Assembly (NCBI GenBank): GCA_963706025.1
Contig: CAVPLM010000005.1
Coordinates: 672,001-736,000 of the forward strand
Source of the DNA: an uncultured Actinomycetes bacterium
GTDB taxonomy: Bacteria > Actinomycetota > Thermoleophilia > RBG-16-64-13
Direction: 5' to 3'
Length of the DNA stretch: 64,000 nt
The notes below the pieces were generated by a model, which was not told the origin of the DNA, did not search any database, and worked only from the letters and a program-made list of their open reading frames with translations. Shown here in pieces: positions 54,854-64,000 of the stretch (positions within the stretch are counted from its first letter, which is position 1; the number at the start of each line of letters is the position of its first letter). Made by a program: the position numbers and the translations under genes.

Positions 54854-56128
54854 GACGTCTCCCCTTCTGCTCGGTCGTCTACTTCAGCCCCGTCGCGCTC
54901 CGCATCGCGAAGCGCCTCCTCCCAGCACCGCCAGATCTCCTCGTCGTAGCGCGTCTTCAGACTCGCCCAGTCGAAGCGGGACACCCACGTCCTCTGCCAG
55001 TCCTCCGACCAGGCCCGCGGCCGAGCCAACGCCCTGGCAAGAGCGGCTACCAGCTCACCTTCCCCGTAGAGCACGTCTTCATGCGCTTCAGCGGGGATCA
55101 TCTCCGGGTAGCTGAGTCGGCGGGGCAGGACCGGCCGGCACCCACAATACATGGCTTCCACCACCGCTATCCCGAAGAACTCGTGGACGGCCGTGGAGAC
55201 CACCACGTCGGACGCCCAGAGAAGAGCGGCGTAGTCAGTGGTCCGCGTCACTCTCCCCCACTGCACGATCTCGTCCGCCAGCTCTCGTCTGGCCCGCAAG
55301 AACTCGGCCGTCGGCGTGCCCTGGTTAGGCCCGGCCATCGCCAGCCGGAAGCGGACCCCGGAAGCCTTCAATTCGTACAGGGCGGCGAACAGGTCGGCCG
55401 GAGCCTTGTCGTACTCCCAGCGCTGGTTCCAGAGGATGAGGGGCCCGGCACCGGGATCGCCCCACCGCCCGGCGGCCGCCTGCGACAGGCGCCGCTGACC
55501 GGTGTCGGTCGAAGCGGCGCAGATCGCACCCCACGGGCAGGACGCGCGACTTCGCCTCCACCTGTTCAACGACCCAGTCGGGGATCTCGTCCGGCATCGC
55601 CTGCAGGAGTTCCGCGCAGGCCCGCAGGAAGTCCCGTCGGTGAAACTCGCTGTTGAAGAGCACCGTGTGGGCCGCCGCCGCGGACGTGAGGTTCTTGAAG
55701 CCGTAGCCCAGGTCGCGCTCCACCCCTGGTGGCAAAGGATAGGTGAGCTGATTCTCGTGGAAGTAAACGATCGCCGGCGCGCGGGCCACTCGAGGCCCAA
55801 CGGCTGACAGGAATACCGGCAGGTCGAGCATGTCCGAGGTGAAGAGGACGTCGGGGCCGCCGACACGCACGCCGCCATCAAGCGGACCGGCGTCCGGTGG
55901 ACCGGCGCCGGGCGACTCGAACGCGGATCCCCGATTACCCCCCTCGCTCACCCGGCGGGCCAGAGATAGAGCCCCCCCGTGCATCCGCCACTTCCAGTGG
56001 CGTCCAGGGAGGGTGAACAGCGTGAGGTGGTGCGCGGAATGCCGTGCCAGCCCCTCCAGGAAGTACTTGTGAGAGCCTCCGAAGTAGGGCTCGACCGCCC
56101 AGACCTTGAGTCTTGATTGTCGGTTCAC
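54790..56128 (-). CDS. DUF3524 + GT4 glycosyltransferase (GTDC1-like; frameshift near 55500)
   Basis: EPYFGGSH, LPGRHWKWRMHG, YFHENQLTYP, FNSEFH, WNQRWEYDK, STAVHEFFGIAVVEA. Confidence 0.85.
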
Positions 56129-56311
56129 AGCGCCGTCTCGTCTCCCGTCTGTCTTCGTCGGGCTCCAGCCGCCGCTCAGCCACAGGTCTCCCTCCACCCC
56201 GGGACCCCCCCGGCGGGGGATCCCTCCAGGGATCTCTGGCGGCTCTTGCACTGATTCTATATGCTGGCCCGGCCGGGGCACAGTGAACGCCGAGCAAGGG
56301 AGACGGGGACA

Positions 56312-57263
56312 ATGGTGAGGGAGATCGGCGGGCAGCGGCCGGCACGCCGCAAGCTGTCCCCTCTCATCGGGGCCCAGATCTCCACCGCCGGCGGCTTCGC
56401 GCCGGTCCCGGAGCGCGCGGTCGCGATCGGGGCCGAGGTGGTACAGGTCTTCTCCTCCAATCCTCGGACCTGGCACTCGCGTCCCCACTCTCCCGAGGAG
56501 ATCGCCGCCCTCACCGCCGGCTTGAAGCGGAACGGCCTGCCTCTGTTCCTTCATACGATCTATCTGCTCAACCTCGCCTCTCCGGACGAGGAGCTGCGCC
56601 GCCGCTCCGGCCAGGCGCTGTCCGAGGCGCTTGTTGTGGGTGCGCTTACGGCCGCGGCCGGGGTGGTCACCCATGTCGGCTCCCACCGAGGCGACGGTTT
56701 TGCGGCCGCCTTGCCGCGCGTCCGCGCGACAGTGCTGGCGGCCATCGACCGCGCCCAGGAGTCCCTATCGACGCAGGGCTACGAGCGGGCTCTCCCCCGG
56801 CTGCTTCTCGAGAACGGTGCCGGCTCGGGAGATACCGTGGGCGGTCAGTCTGGAGGAGTTGGCCGCGCTTCTGGAGACGCTTCCGTCGTCGTGCGGTCTC
56901 TGTCTCGATACTGCGCATCTCTTCGCGGCCGGCCATCCCGTGCACACCGGGGCGGGGCTGCAGGATCTGGTGGACCGGCTCCGCGACGACCGACTCCTGG
57001 ACCGGCTTGCCCTGATCCATCTCAACGATTCCAAGACGCCGTTCGCCTCGGGCCGCGACCAGCACGAGAACCCCGGTGAGGGCTACATCGGCAAGACCGG
57101 GCTGGCCCGGGTGGTCCGGCACCCGGCGTTCGCCTCCATCCCGTTCGTGCTGGAGGTGCCGGGCGAGAAGGGCCACGGACCGGACGCCGTCAACGTAGCC
57201 CGGGTGAAGCTAATGCGGCAGGGGGCGGGAGGCCGACCGAAACGGCCTGCTCTCGGCGCATGA
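56312..57263 (+). CDS. nfo: Endonuclease IV (frameshift near 56845)
   Basis: QVFSSNPR.W, YLLNLAS, LLENGAG, CLDTAH, IHLNDSK..SGRDQHE. Confidence 0.88.
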
Positions 57264-58113
57264 CGTCGAGCAACGCCAGCGTGACCGCGCCCGGCCTGCC
57301 GTCGCCCACGACGTACGGGCCGATCCGGACGGCCGGCTGGATGTCCCTGGTGGTAGACGATGTGAACACCTCACACCCGATGTTGGCAGCCGAGCCGTTC
57401 GGGACCGCGCTCACTTCCTCGAGGGTGAAGGGCCGCTCTTCGACCAGGTAGCCCAAGCGACGAGCGATCTCGAGCACGTGTTTGCGGGTGATTCCCGCCA
57501 GAATGCGATTGTCCAGAGGATGAGTGCGGATCGTGCCTCCCAGCACGGCAAAGACATTGGATGATCCCCCTTCGCGCACCACTCCCTCGGGACTCAGGAA
57601 GAGAGCCTCATGCGCCCCGGCCTCCCGAGCCGCTTCCTTGGCCAGTACCGAGGCCAGCAGGTTGGTGGACTTGATATCGCAGCGGGCCCAACGCTGGTCC
57701 TCCACAGGGTGGAGGATCGCTCCCGCCAGGATCTCGGAGACCCCGGGAGCGCGCTTGGTCCTCACATAGGCGAGTACGGTGGGATGCGGAGGATCGGGGA
57801 ACACGAATTCCCGCGGCGCCGGTCCGCGGGTCACCTGGACATACACGATGCCATCTGTCACTCCTGAACGCCTCACCAGATCGGGAAGAACCTGTTCGGG
57901 TGCATGGCCCTCCAGAGCCCCGAGGAGTCTCACGGCTTCGAGACTGCGGAGCAGCCGCTCAAGGTGGTCTTCGAGCCATATGAGCCGGCCGTTCATGACC
58001 TTGATCACCTCGTACACCCCGTCACCAAGCTGGAAGCCGCGGTCCTCCACGCCTATCCGACCTTCGGAGAGCGGCGTGAACCTGCCGTTCAAATAGAGCA
58101 TCTCATCGTCCAT
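57190..58113 (-). CDS. Class IV aminotransferase (D-amino-acid aminotransferase-like)
   Basis: EDRGFQLGDGVYEV, YVQVTRG, RW.RCDIKS.NLL, EGGSSN, ILAGITR. Confidence 0.88.
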   Translation of the reverse strand: MDDEMLYLNGRFTPLSEGRIGVEDRGFQLGDGVYEVIKVMNGRLIWLEDHLERLLRSLEAVRLLGALEGHAPEQVLPDLVRRSGVTDGIVYVQVTRGPAPREFVFPDPPHPTVLAYVRTKRAPGVSEILAGAILHPVEDQRWARCDIKSTNLLASVLAKEAAREAGAHEALFLSPEGVVREGGSSNVFAVLGGTIRTHPLDNRILAGITRKHVLEIARRLGYLVEERPFTLEEVSAVPNGSAANIGCEVFTSSTTRDIQPAVRIGPYVVGDGRPGAVTLALLDVMRREQAVSVGLPPPAALASPGLR

Positions 58114-58130
58114 CTGCTACCCTCACGTGC

Positions 58131-58610
58131 ATGATCGAGTACCGTCTAGCCTCCCACGGGGATACCTCTCAACTCCTCCCGCTCCTGGCTGAGATCATGG
58201 AGGATCATGGGGTATCGCCTCCCTCGACCGAGCGCCTCGAGGCCACCATCGAGACCGTATTGTCCTCCTCCGGTCATTCGCTTCTGGTGGCCGAATCCGA
58301 TGGCCGCCTGATAGGCATGTGCGCCCTCATCTTCTCTTACAGCACCTGGTCGAGTTCACTGGTGTGTGAGCTTCAAGACGTCGTGGTCACGGAAGCCTAC
58401 CGCCGGGAGCACGTGGGCCGGGATCTCGTGAGTGCGGCCGAATCTCTCGCCCGGGCGCGCGGCTGCAGCCGGCTCTTCCTCTTGGCCGAGGCCTGGAACC
58501 TTCAGGCCCACGCTTTCTACCGCAGTCTGGGACTGGCGGAGAAGACCTGCCTCTACTTCGAGCGCGCCCTTAGCGACCAGGAACCCGACCAGACAGGCGC
58601 CCTACCTTAG
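58131..58610 (+). CDS. GNAT N-acetyltransferase
   Basis: LLVAE..G.LIG, ELQDVVV..AYRR..VG..L, AFYRSLG. Confidence 0.8.
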   Translation: MIEYRLASHGDTSQLLPLLAEIMEDHGVSPPSTERLEATIETVLSSSGHSLLVAESDGRLIGMCALIFSYSTWSSSLVCELQDVVVTEAYRREHVGRDLVSAAESLARARGCSRLFLLAEAWNLQAHAFYRSLGLAEKTCLYFERALSDQEPDQTGALP

Positions 58611-59961
58611 GAACGGTGGGACCTCCAACTCATCGCCGGGACCGGTTGGTTCGCGCGGTTCTTGGCGAGAATCCTCCGAGGGGACAGGCTCGGAGGCGAC
58701 AGACTCGGGGGCGACACGCGGTGGCGTGGCCACACCGTAGGGATGATCGTGCCTCGTGGCGCTGACCACCTGCTCGGTCAGGACCTCTTCGCTGGTCGCG
58801 TCGAACCCGGCGGCGACCACCGTCACCCAGAGCGTGTCACCCAGAGCCTCATCCACGACTGCGCCGAAGATGATGTTGGCTTCAGGATCGGCAGCCACGT
58901 TGACGATCTCCGCCACCTCGTTGACCTCGTGCAGCGACAGGTCCTTTCCCCCGCTGATGTTCAGCAGTATTCCCCGCGCGCCCTCGATAGACGTCTCCAG
59001 CAAAGAGGAGTTGATCGCCATCTCCGCCGCTTTCTGAGCGCGCTGCTCGCCTCGGGCCCGGCCGATCCCCATGTGGGCCGTCCCCGCCCCGGTCATGATC
59101 GTGCGCACGTCGGCCGAGATCGAGGTTGATCAGCCCCGGCACGGTGACCAGGTCGCAGATGCCCTGCACGCCCTGGCGAAGCACGTCGTCGGCCAACCGC
59201 AAGGCCGCCACCATCGAGGTGCCCCTGTCGGCGACCTCGAGGAGCTTGTCGTTCGGGACCACGATGACCGTGTCGGCCTTCGACCGCAGGACGCGCACGC
59301 CCTCGAGAGCCTGCAGACCCCGACGCTTGCCCTCGAAGACGAAGGGCCGTGACACCACCCCGATGGTGAGCGCTCCCAGAGACTTCGCTATCTCGGCCAC
59401 CACCGGCGCGGCACCGGTGCCGGTGCCGCCCCCTTCCCCGGCCGTTATGAACACCATGTCGCTGCCCTTGAGCACAGCCTTGATCTCGTCGTAGGCGGCA
59501 GCGGCTGCTTCCCGTCCGACCTTAGGGTCGGAGCCTCCTCCCAGACCCTTGGTCAACTCCCGACCGATGCGCAACTTGTGGTCGGCCTCGCACATGTTGA
59601 GTGCCTGAGCATCGGTGTTGATGGCGATGAATTCCACCCCTTCGAGCCCGGCCTCGAGCATGCGATTGATGGCGTTGGTGCCCGCGCCCCCTACCCCAAC
59701 CACTCGAATGACAGCGGGAAAGCTGCGTGACGGCTGGATCAGGGTCCGTCGGCCTGCCGCCGGGTGGCTCGGCATGTCCCATGGGCTATCGACGGCTTGA
59801 GAATCCGTGCTCTCGGCACCGGTCTGATCCTCGGGCTGAGCTGCGACCTCAGCTTGGTCGTCAGTGGCGGCGGGGACTTCCTCGTCACCGGGCTTGCCCG
59901 CCTCCGTCGCCCTGAAGAGAGAGCTGAGGCCGCTGTCCTTCATGCTAGATCTTTTTTCCAT
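58602..59961 (-). CDS. ftsZ: Cell division protein FtsZ with ~80-aa N-terminal extension (frameshift near 59115)
   Basis: [44 protein letters not shown]-terminal LEVPPFLR; SD GAGGTG before ATG at 59961. Confidence 0.92.
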
Positions 59962-60703
59962 TGAGCACCTCTCTCGCAAGCTGGCGATACGCCTGGGCTG
60001 CCTTGCTGCCGGGCGCGTACTTGAGCACCGACTCCCCTTTGACCGGCGCCTCCGCGAACCTGATCGTCTTCGCGATGGTGGTCTCGAACACAAGATCGCC
60101 GAAGCTGTTCCTGAGCACCTCGACGGCCTCCCGCCCATGCACCGTCCGAGAATCGTACATAGTGGCCACGATCCCGGCAATATGGACCTCGGGGTTGAGA
60201 TTATCCCGGACCAGCTCAAGAGTCCGCTCCAACTGGGCCAGACCCCGCAACGACAGGTACTCGCATTGTACGGGAACGATCACGCCGTCGGCGGCGGTGA
60301 GCGCGTTGACGGTGAGCAAACCCAGAGAAGGAGGAGTGTCGATCATTATGTAGTCATAGCGATCGCCCACTTGGAGCAAGGCTTTGCTCAGCATCCTCTC
60401 CCTACCGATAAGCGAGCTGAGCGAGATCTCGGCCGCGGCCAGATCGATGCTCGACACCGCCACGTCAACCTCCCGGTGGACAAGCACCTCCTCGATGCTC
60501 ACCCCGTTGACCAGCACGTCGAACATGCTGGGTCGGGCGTCGTTGGGATTCAACCCCAAACTCATGGTCAGGTTGCCTTGGGGATCCATATCCACCGTGA
60601 GCACCCGGTATCCCAACTCCTGGAACGCCACGCCCAGATTGAGAGTGGTCGTGGTCTTTGCCACGCCGCCCTTCTGGTTCGCAAAGGCTACGACTTTGGC
60701 CAA
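59945..60703 (-). CDS. parA: ParA/Soj family ATPase
   Basis: NQKGGVAKTTT, DMDPQGN, IDTPPSLGLLT, PVQCEYLSL.GL, TMYDSRT, IRFAEAP. Confidence 0.92.
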   Translation of the reverse strand: MAKVVAFANQKGGVAKTTTTLNLGVAFQELGYRVLTVDMDPQGNLTMSLGLNPNDARPSMFDVLVNGVSIEEVLVHREVDVAVSSIDLAAAEISLSSLIGRERMLSKALLQVGDRYDYIMIDTPPSLGLLTVNALTAADGVIVPVQCEYLSLRGLAQLERTLELVRDNLNPEVHIAGIVATMYDSRTVHGREAVEVLRNSFGDLVFETTIAKTIRFAEAPVKGESVLKYAPGSKAAQAYRQLAREVLNGKKI

Positions 60704-61036
60704 ATACCGCTCCCTTTGGTCTGGGAACTCGTTTCAGAATGAAGTCTCGGCCGCCTCATTCCGCGCTGGGCGGAGCGATCCATTTGTCCTTCAGTCGCGC
60801 CCGTAGCGCTGCTACGACCGCTCCCTCTAGTCCTCGCCTCACTCGCGCCGATCGCACCCTGTCGGCAAAGCGTCATTCCGAAACGAGCTCTAATAGCGAT
60901 TGCCTAGGTCTACTATGATTACCTTTTCGAGAGAGTTTCGAAAGAGAGCCTCGGAATCCTCCGTGCAAGAGCCGGCAGACGAGAACGAGCCGCCCCGATA
61001 TGCACCGTCACCTTGACTACTTCTTCGAACGAACGG

Positions 61037-62482
61037 CTAGCGCGCGACCGTCTCCAAACCCGATTTGAGGAAGCCCGAGGTCACCGATACGGGCGGCGCG
61101 TGTGAATCGGAGAAGTCCTTGAGCTCACGCAAGAAATCACGGTTCTCGCGCACGTGTTCCCAGGCACGGCTGATCAGGTATCCCTGCAACTGATGCTTGT
61201 GGTACATGGGGGCTTTGGGCCTGATGCTCAGGACGCGCCGCCCTTTGTAGAAACGCTTGTGAGCCTGAAGCAGTATCTCCTGCAACTCGAACGGGGTCAT
61301 CTGCTTGGGCCAGAACACCACGTGATGCCCATCGTAGAGGCTCCAGTTCTTGGTGAAGATGCGGCCTTCAGCCTCGAACTGAGCGGTCTGCCGAGTGCCC
61401 GGCAGGGGAGTCAAGGCCAGGAACTGAACGCTGTTGAGACCGTGCTGAGTGGCAAAGTCCGCCGTCTGTTGAAGTGATTCCGCGGTGTCGGAGTCGGCTC
61501 CGCACACGAACATGCCATGCGTCTTGATGCCTCTTTGCGCCAGTGCCTCCAGCCCACCGGCCATGTCGTCGATACTGGACTCCTTGTGGTACTCCTTGAG
61601 GGTAGCCGGATTGATGGATTCAAGCCCCAGATAGACGATCCGGCAGCCCGCACTCCAGAGCAGGTCCAGCAATTCCCGATCGACCTTGCCGTCTTTGTAC
61701 ACGGAATCGACCCGGATCTGAGCGAAGAACTCCACTTCCGCCTTCTCCCGGATCATCTGCGTCAGCAGTTCTTTGCCCCGCCGTTTGCTGATGAAGAAGT
61801 TGTCGTCGTAGAAGAAGAGCTTCTCCGGTTTCATCCGCTTGATCTGCCTGACGACCTCGGCCGGCTCGACTGTGCGCACCCGGCGGCCGAACATGAGGAC
61901 GACCGAGCAGAACTCACATCCGAACGGGCAACCGCGCGAGGCCAGGATGGGCGTGGGCTGCACCTGCTCGCCCCCCACCACCAGACTAATATCCGGCCAG
62001 GGTAGGTCGGTGAGGGAAGTGAGGAGAGGCCGGGAAGGGTTGTGTACGACCTGGCCGTGCTTGTCCCGATAGGTGAGACCCAGGATGGCCTCCAGCGACC
62101 CGCGGCCCTGGAGGTAGTCGACCAGCTCGACCAGGGCCCCTTCCCCTTCGTTGCGGATCACGTAGTCGCAGAAATCCATGGCCTCGTCGGCCAAGAAGGT
62201 CACGTGAGGCCCGCCCATGATCACCGGGACTCCCGCATCTCGCACCCGCTGCGCGTAGCGATAGGCGCGGACGGCCGTAGAAGTGGTGGTCGAGATTCCG
62301 ACCAGGTCCGAGGATAGGACGTCGTCCCAATCGACCTCGCTAAGGCTCTCCGCATAGATGCGCACCTGGTGGCCGCGCTGGGTCATCATGGCGCCCAGCA
62401 GCGGCAGACCCAGCCGGAGCTGCTTCACGAAACTGTATACATGGAAGCCGGGAGCGGCAGGTTCGATGAAGGTGATGCGCAC
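61037..62482 (-). CDS. B12-binding radical SAM protein
   Basis: DLVGIS, MGGPHVT, EGE, SRGCPFGCEFC, FYDDNF, GLES, LTPLPGT. Confidence 0.88.
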   Translation of the reverse strand: MRITFIEPAAPGFHVYSFVKQLRLGLPLLGAMMTQRGHQVRIYAESLSEVDWDDVLSSDLVGISTTTSTAVRAYRYAQRVRDAGVPVIMGGPHVTFLADEAMDFCDYVIRNEGEGALVELVDYLQGRGSLEAILGLTYRDKHGQVVHNPSRPLLTSLTDLPWPDISLVVGGEQVQPTPILASRGCPFGCEFCSVVLMFGRRVRTVEPAEVVRQIKRMKPEKLFFYDDNFFISKRRGKELLTQMIREKAEVEFFAQIRVDSVYKDGKVDRELLDLLWSAGCRIVYLGLESINPATLKEYHKESSIDDMAGGLEALAQRGIKTHGMFVCGADSDTAESLQQTADFATQHGLNSVQFLALTPLPGTRQTAQFEAEGRIFTKNWSLYDGHHVVFWPKQMTPFELQEILLQAHKRFYKGRRVLSIRPKAPMYHKHQLQGYLISRAWEHVRENRDFLRELKDFSDSHAPPVSVTSGFLKSGLETVAR

Positions 62483-62579
62483 GCCAACCTCGCAAATACT
62501 CGATTCATCGCGCGGGAAATATGGTAGCACAAGCCTCCTGCCGCTCTTCCCCCGCCCCGCCTTGAGTCCCCCCCGACTT

Positions 62580-64000
62580 CTACTCTCTAGGACCCAGGGG
62601 GATCGTCACCTGGAACACCGTGGAGGGTCCTTCACCCACAAGCTCGACCCGGCCGCCAAGCACTGCGCAGATCTCACGGGCGAGTGCCAACCCCAGTCCG
62701 AACCCTTCGCTACGACGTCCCTCCTTACCGCGATAGAACCGGTCGAAGATACGAGCTCTCTCCTCTGCCTCCAGGGGCGGTCCTCCGTTCGAGACCTGGA
62801 TGACAAGATCGACTCCCTGCGTATGCAGGCGCACCGTAACGGGGTCGGCCCCTCCGTAGAGCACCGCGTTGCGCAGGAGATTGGCGACCACCTGACGCAG
62901 CATGTCGGGGTCGGTGACGACACCCGTCTCTCCGCCGGCCTCGATCGCGATGCGGCTCGGTTGGGCCAATCCGACGTTGACGAGACGATCCACCTCTTCT
63001 CGCACCAGAGCTTCCACCGAGAAGGCCGTGAAGGTCGGCTGGTACTCGCCAGAATCGTACCGGGACAGGGTGAGCAAAGCATCCACCAGGCGCTGGAGCC
63101 GGGACGATTCCCTGTAGATGGCGGCCGCCGAGCGCTGTTGCTGCTCCTGGGTGCCCGCCGTGCCATCGAGGAGGGCCTGCGCAAACCCCTGTATGGAAGT
63201 AAGCGGCGTGCGTAGCTCGTGAGCGGCAGAGCCCACAAAACCGCGAAGCGATTCCTCGCTGTGCTTGACCTCCCGGCGCATCGTCTCGAGGCTCGTGGCC
63301 AGTTCCTGGACCTCTCCCGGATAGTCGCCGGTCACGGGCTGATCGTAAGAGCCCGCGGCCATCGCCTGAGCGGCGGTCGAGAGCCTGCGAAGCGGCCGGG
63401 ACATCCAGGATCCCAACCCCAGACCGACCGCCACAGCCAGCGCGATGGCGATGACTCCGGAAACAAGCAGGACTCGGAAGAGATCTCGCCGGCCCGAGAA
63501 CGCGTCGACCACGGCCAGAGTCACCGCTGCTTGGCCTCGGGTTCCGTCGCTGAGTTGGATAGGAGCAGCCGCCAGAAGTATGTCGGTCCGCCTCCCGGCG
63601 GTATCTACAACCGATCTGACTCTGTCGGCACCCGCGCTTGAACCTCCTAGCGACTCCGCCTCCTCCCGCAGGCGATCCAGATTCGGACCCCTGGCGGGGG
63701 TCCTACCCACCTTCGCCGCTACCTCCGAGTCTCGGAAGACTACGATCCCCGCTCCGGTCGGCAGGCCCCGGAGATCGGAGCGCAAGAGAACGTTCAGCAC
63801 TCTCGCACCTATGAGGCCGCCCGGCAGGGACTCGTCCAGTCCTTCGACCTGCTCCGCCACCTGTACGGCTTGGTCGAGCAGTATCTCCTTCTGGCGATCG
63901 AGGATGTAGCCTCCGAGAAAGAAGTAGAAGACCAGACCCACCACCAACAGGGTGAAGACCGAGACTCCGGCCAACGCCAGGACCAGGCGCGCTCGGATGG
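62580..64000 (-). CDS. HAMP-domain sensor histidine kinase (start beyond window end)
   Basis: Two TMs, HAMP, AHELRTPLTSI, NLLRNA, IFDRFYR, GLGLAL. Confidence 0.92.
   Translation of the reverse strand, partial: IRARLVLALAGVSVFTLLVVGLVFYFFLGGYILDRQKEILLDQAVQVAEQVEGLDESLPGGLIGARVLNVLLRSDLRGLPTGAGIVVFRDSEVAAKVGRTPARGPNLDRLREEAESLGGSSAGADRVRSVVDTAGRRTDILLAAAPIQLSDGTRGQAAVTLAVVDAFSGRRDLFRVLLVSGVIAIALAVAVGLGLGSWMSRPLRRLSTAAQAMAAGSYDQPVTGDYPGEVQELATSLETMRREVKHSEESLRGFVGSAAHELRTPLTSIQGFAQALLDGTAGTQEQQQRSAAAIYRESSRLQRLVDALLTLSRYDSGEYQPTFTAFSVEALVREEVDRLVNVGLAQPSRIAIEAGGETGVVTDPDMLRQVVANLLRNAVLYGGADPVTVRLHTQGVDLVIQVSNGGPPLEAEERARIFDRFYRGKEGRRSEGFGLGLALAREICAVLGGRVELVGEGPSTVFQVTIPLGPRE

Overview
GC-rich window, most likely from a deep-branching Actinomycetota genome (Thermoleophilia-like; inferred from gene order, not verified). 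Many apparent indel errors break essential genes (eno, mfd, ftsZ), typical of long-read consensus. The right two thirds (20.5-64 kb) is a housekeeping backbone on the minus strand: ppx, DUF501, ftsB, eno, mazG, prsA, mfd, pth, rplY, prs, short glmU, tRNA-Gln, ispE, rsmA, tatD, metG, rsmI, a sugar catabolism trio, LexA-boxed dinB, an SLH protein, pgi, nfo, and a parA-ftsZ pair. The left end holds a glycan-modification operon and a c-di-GMP-I riboswitch upstream of tasA-like and sipW-like genes. The standout region is 5.6-20.5 kb, downstream of an intact tRNA-Leu(TAA). It is an array of 8 short cargo units (mostly 1-2 genes) separated by 3 copies of the tRNA-Leu 3' end and 5 copies of a tRNA-Ser(CGA) 3' end. 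Most copies have conserved flanks (11-bp arm-like repeats, terminator), but only integrase remnants remain. This looks like an integron-like gene-cassette array built from tRNA att sites. Inside it, a ~165-bp promoter plus structured leader is reused three times in front of unrelated exported proteins. A second candidate system is an FtsZ carrying an N-terminal ParB-like peptide, translationally coupled to a ParA.
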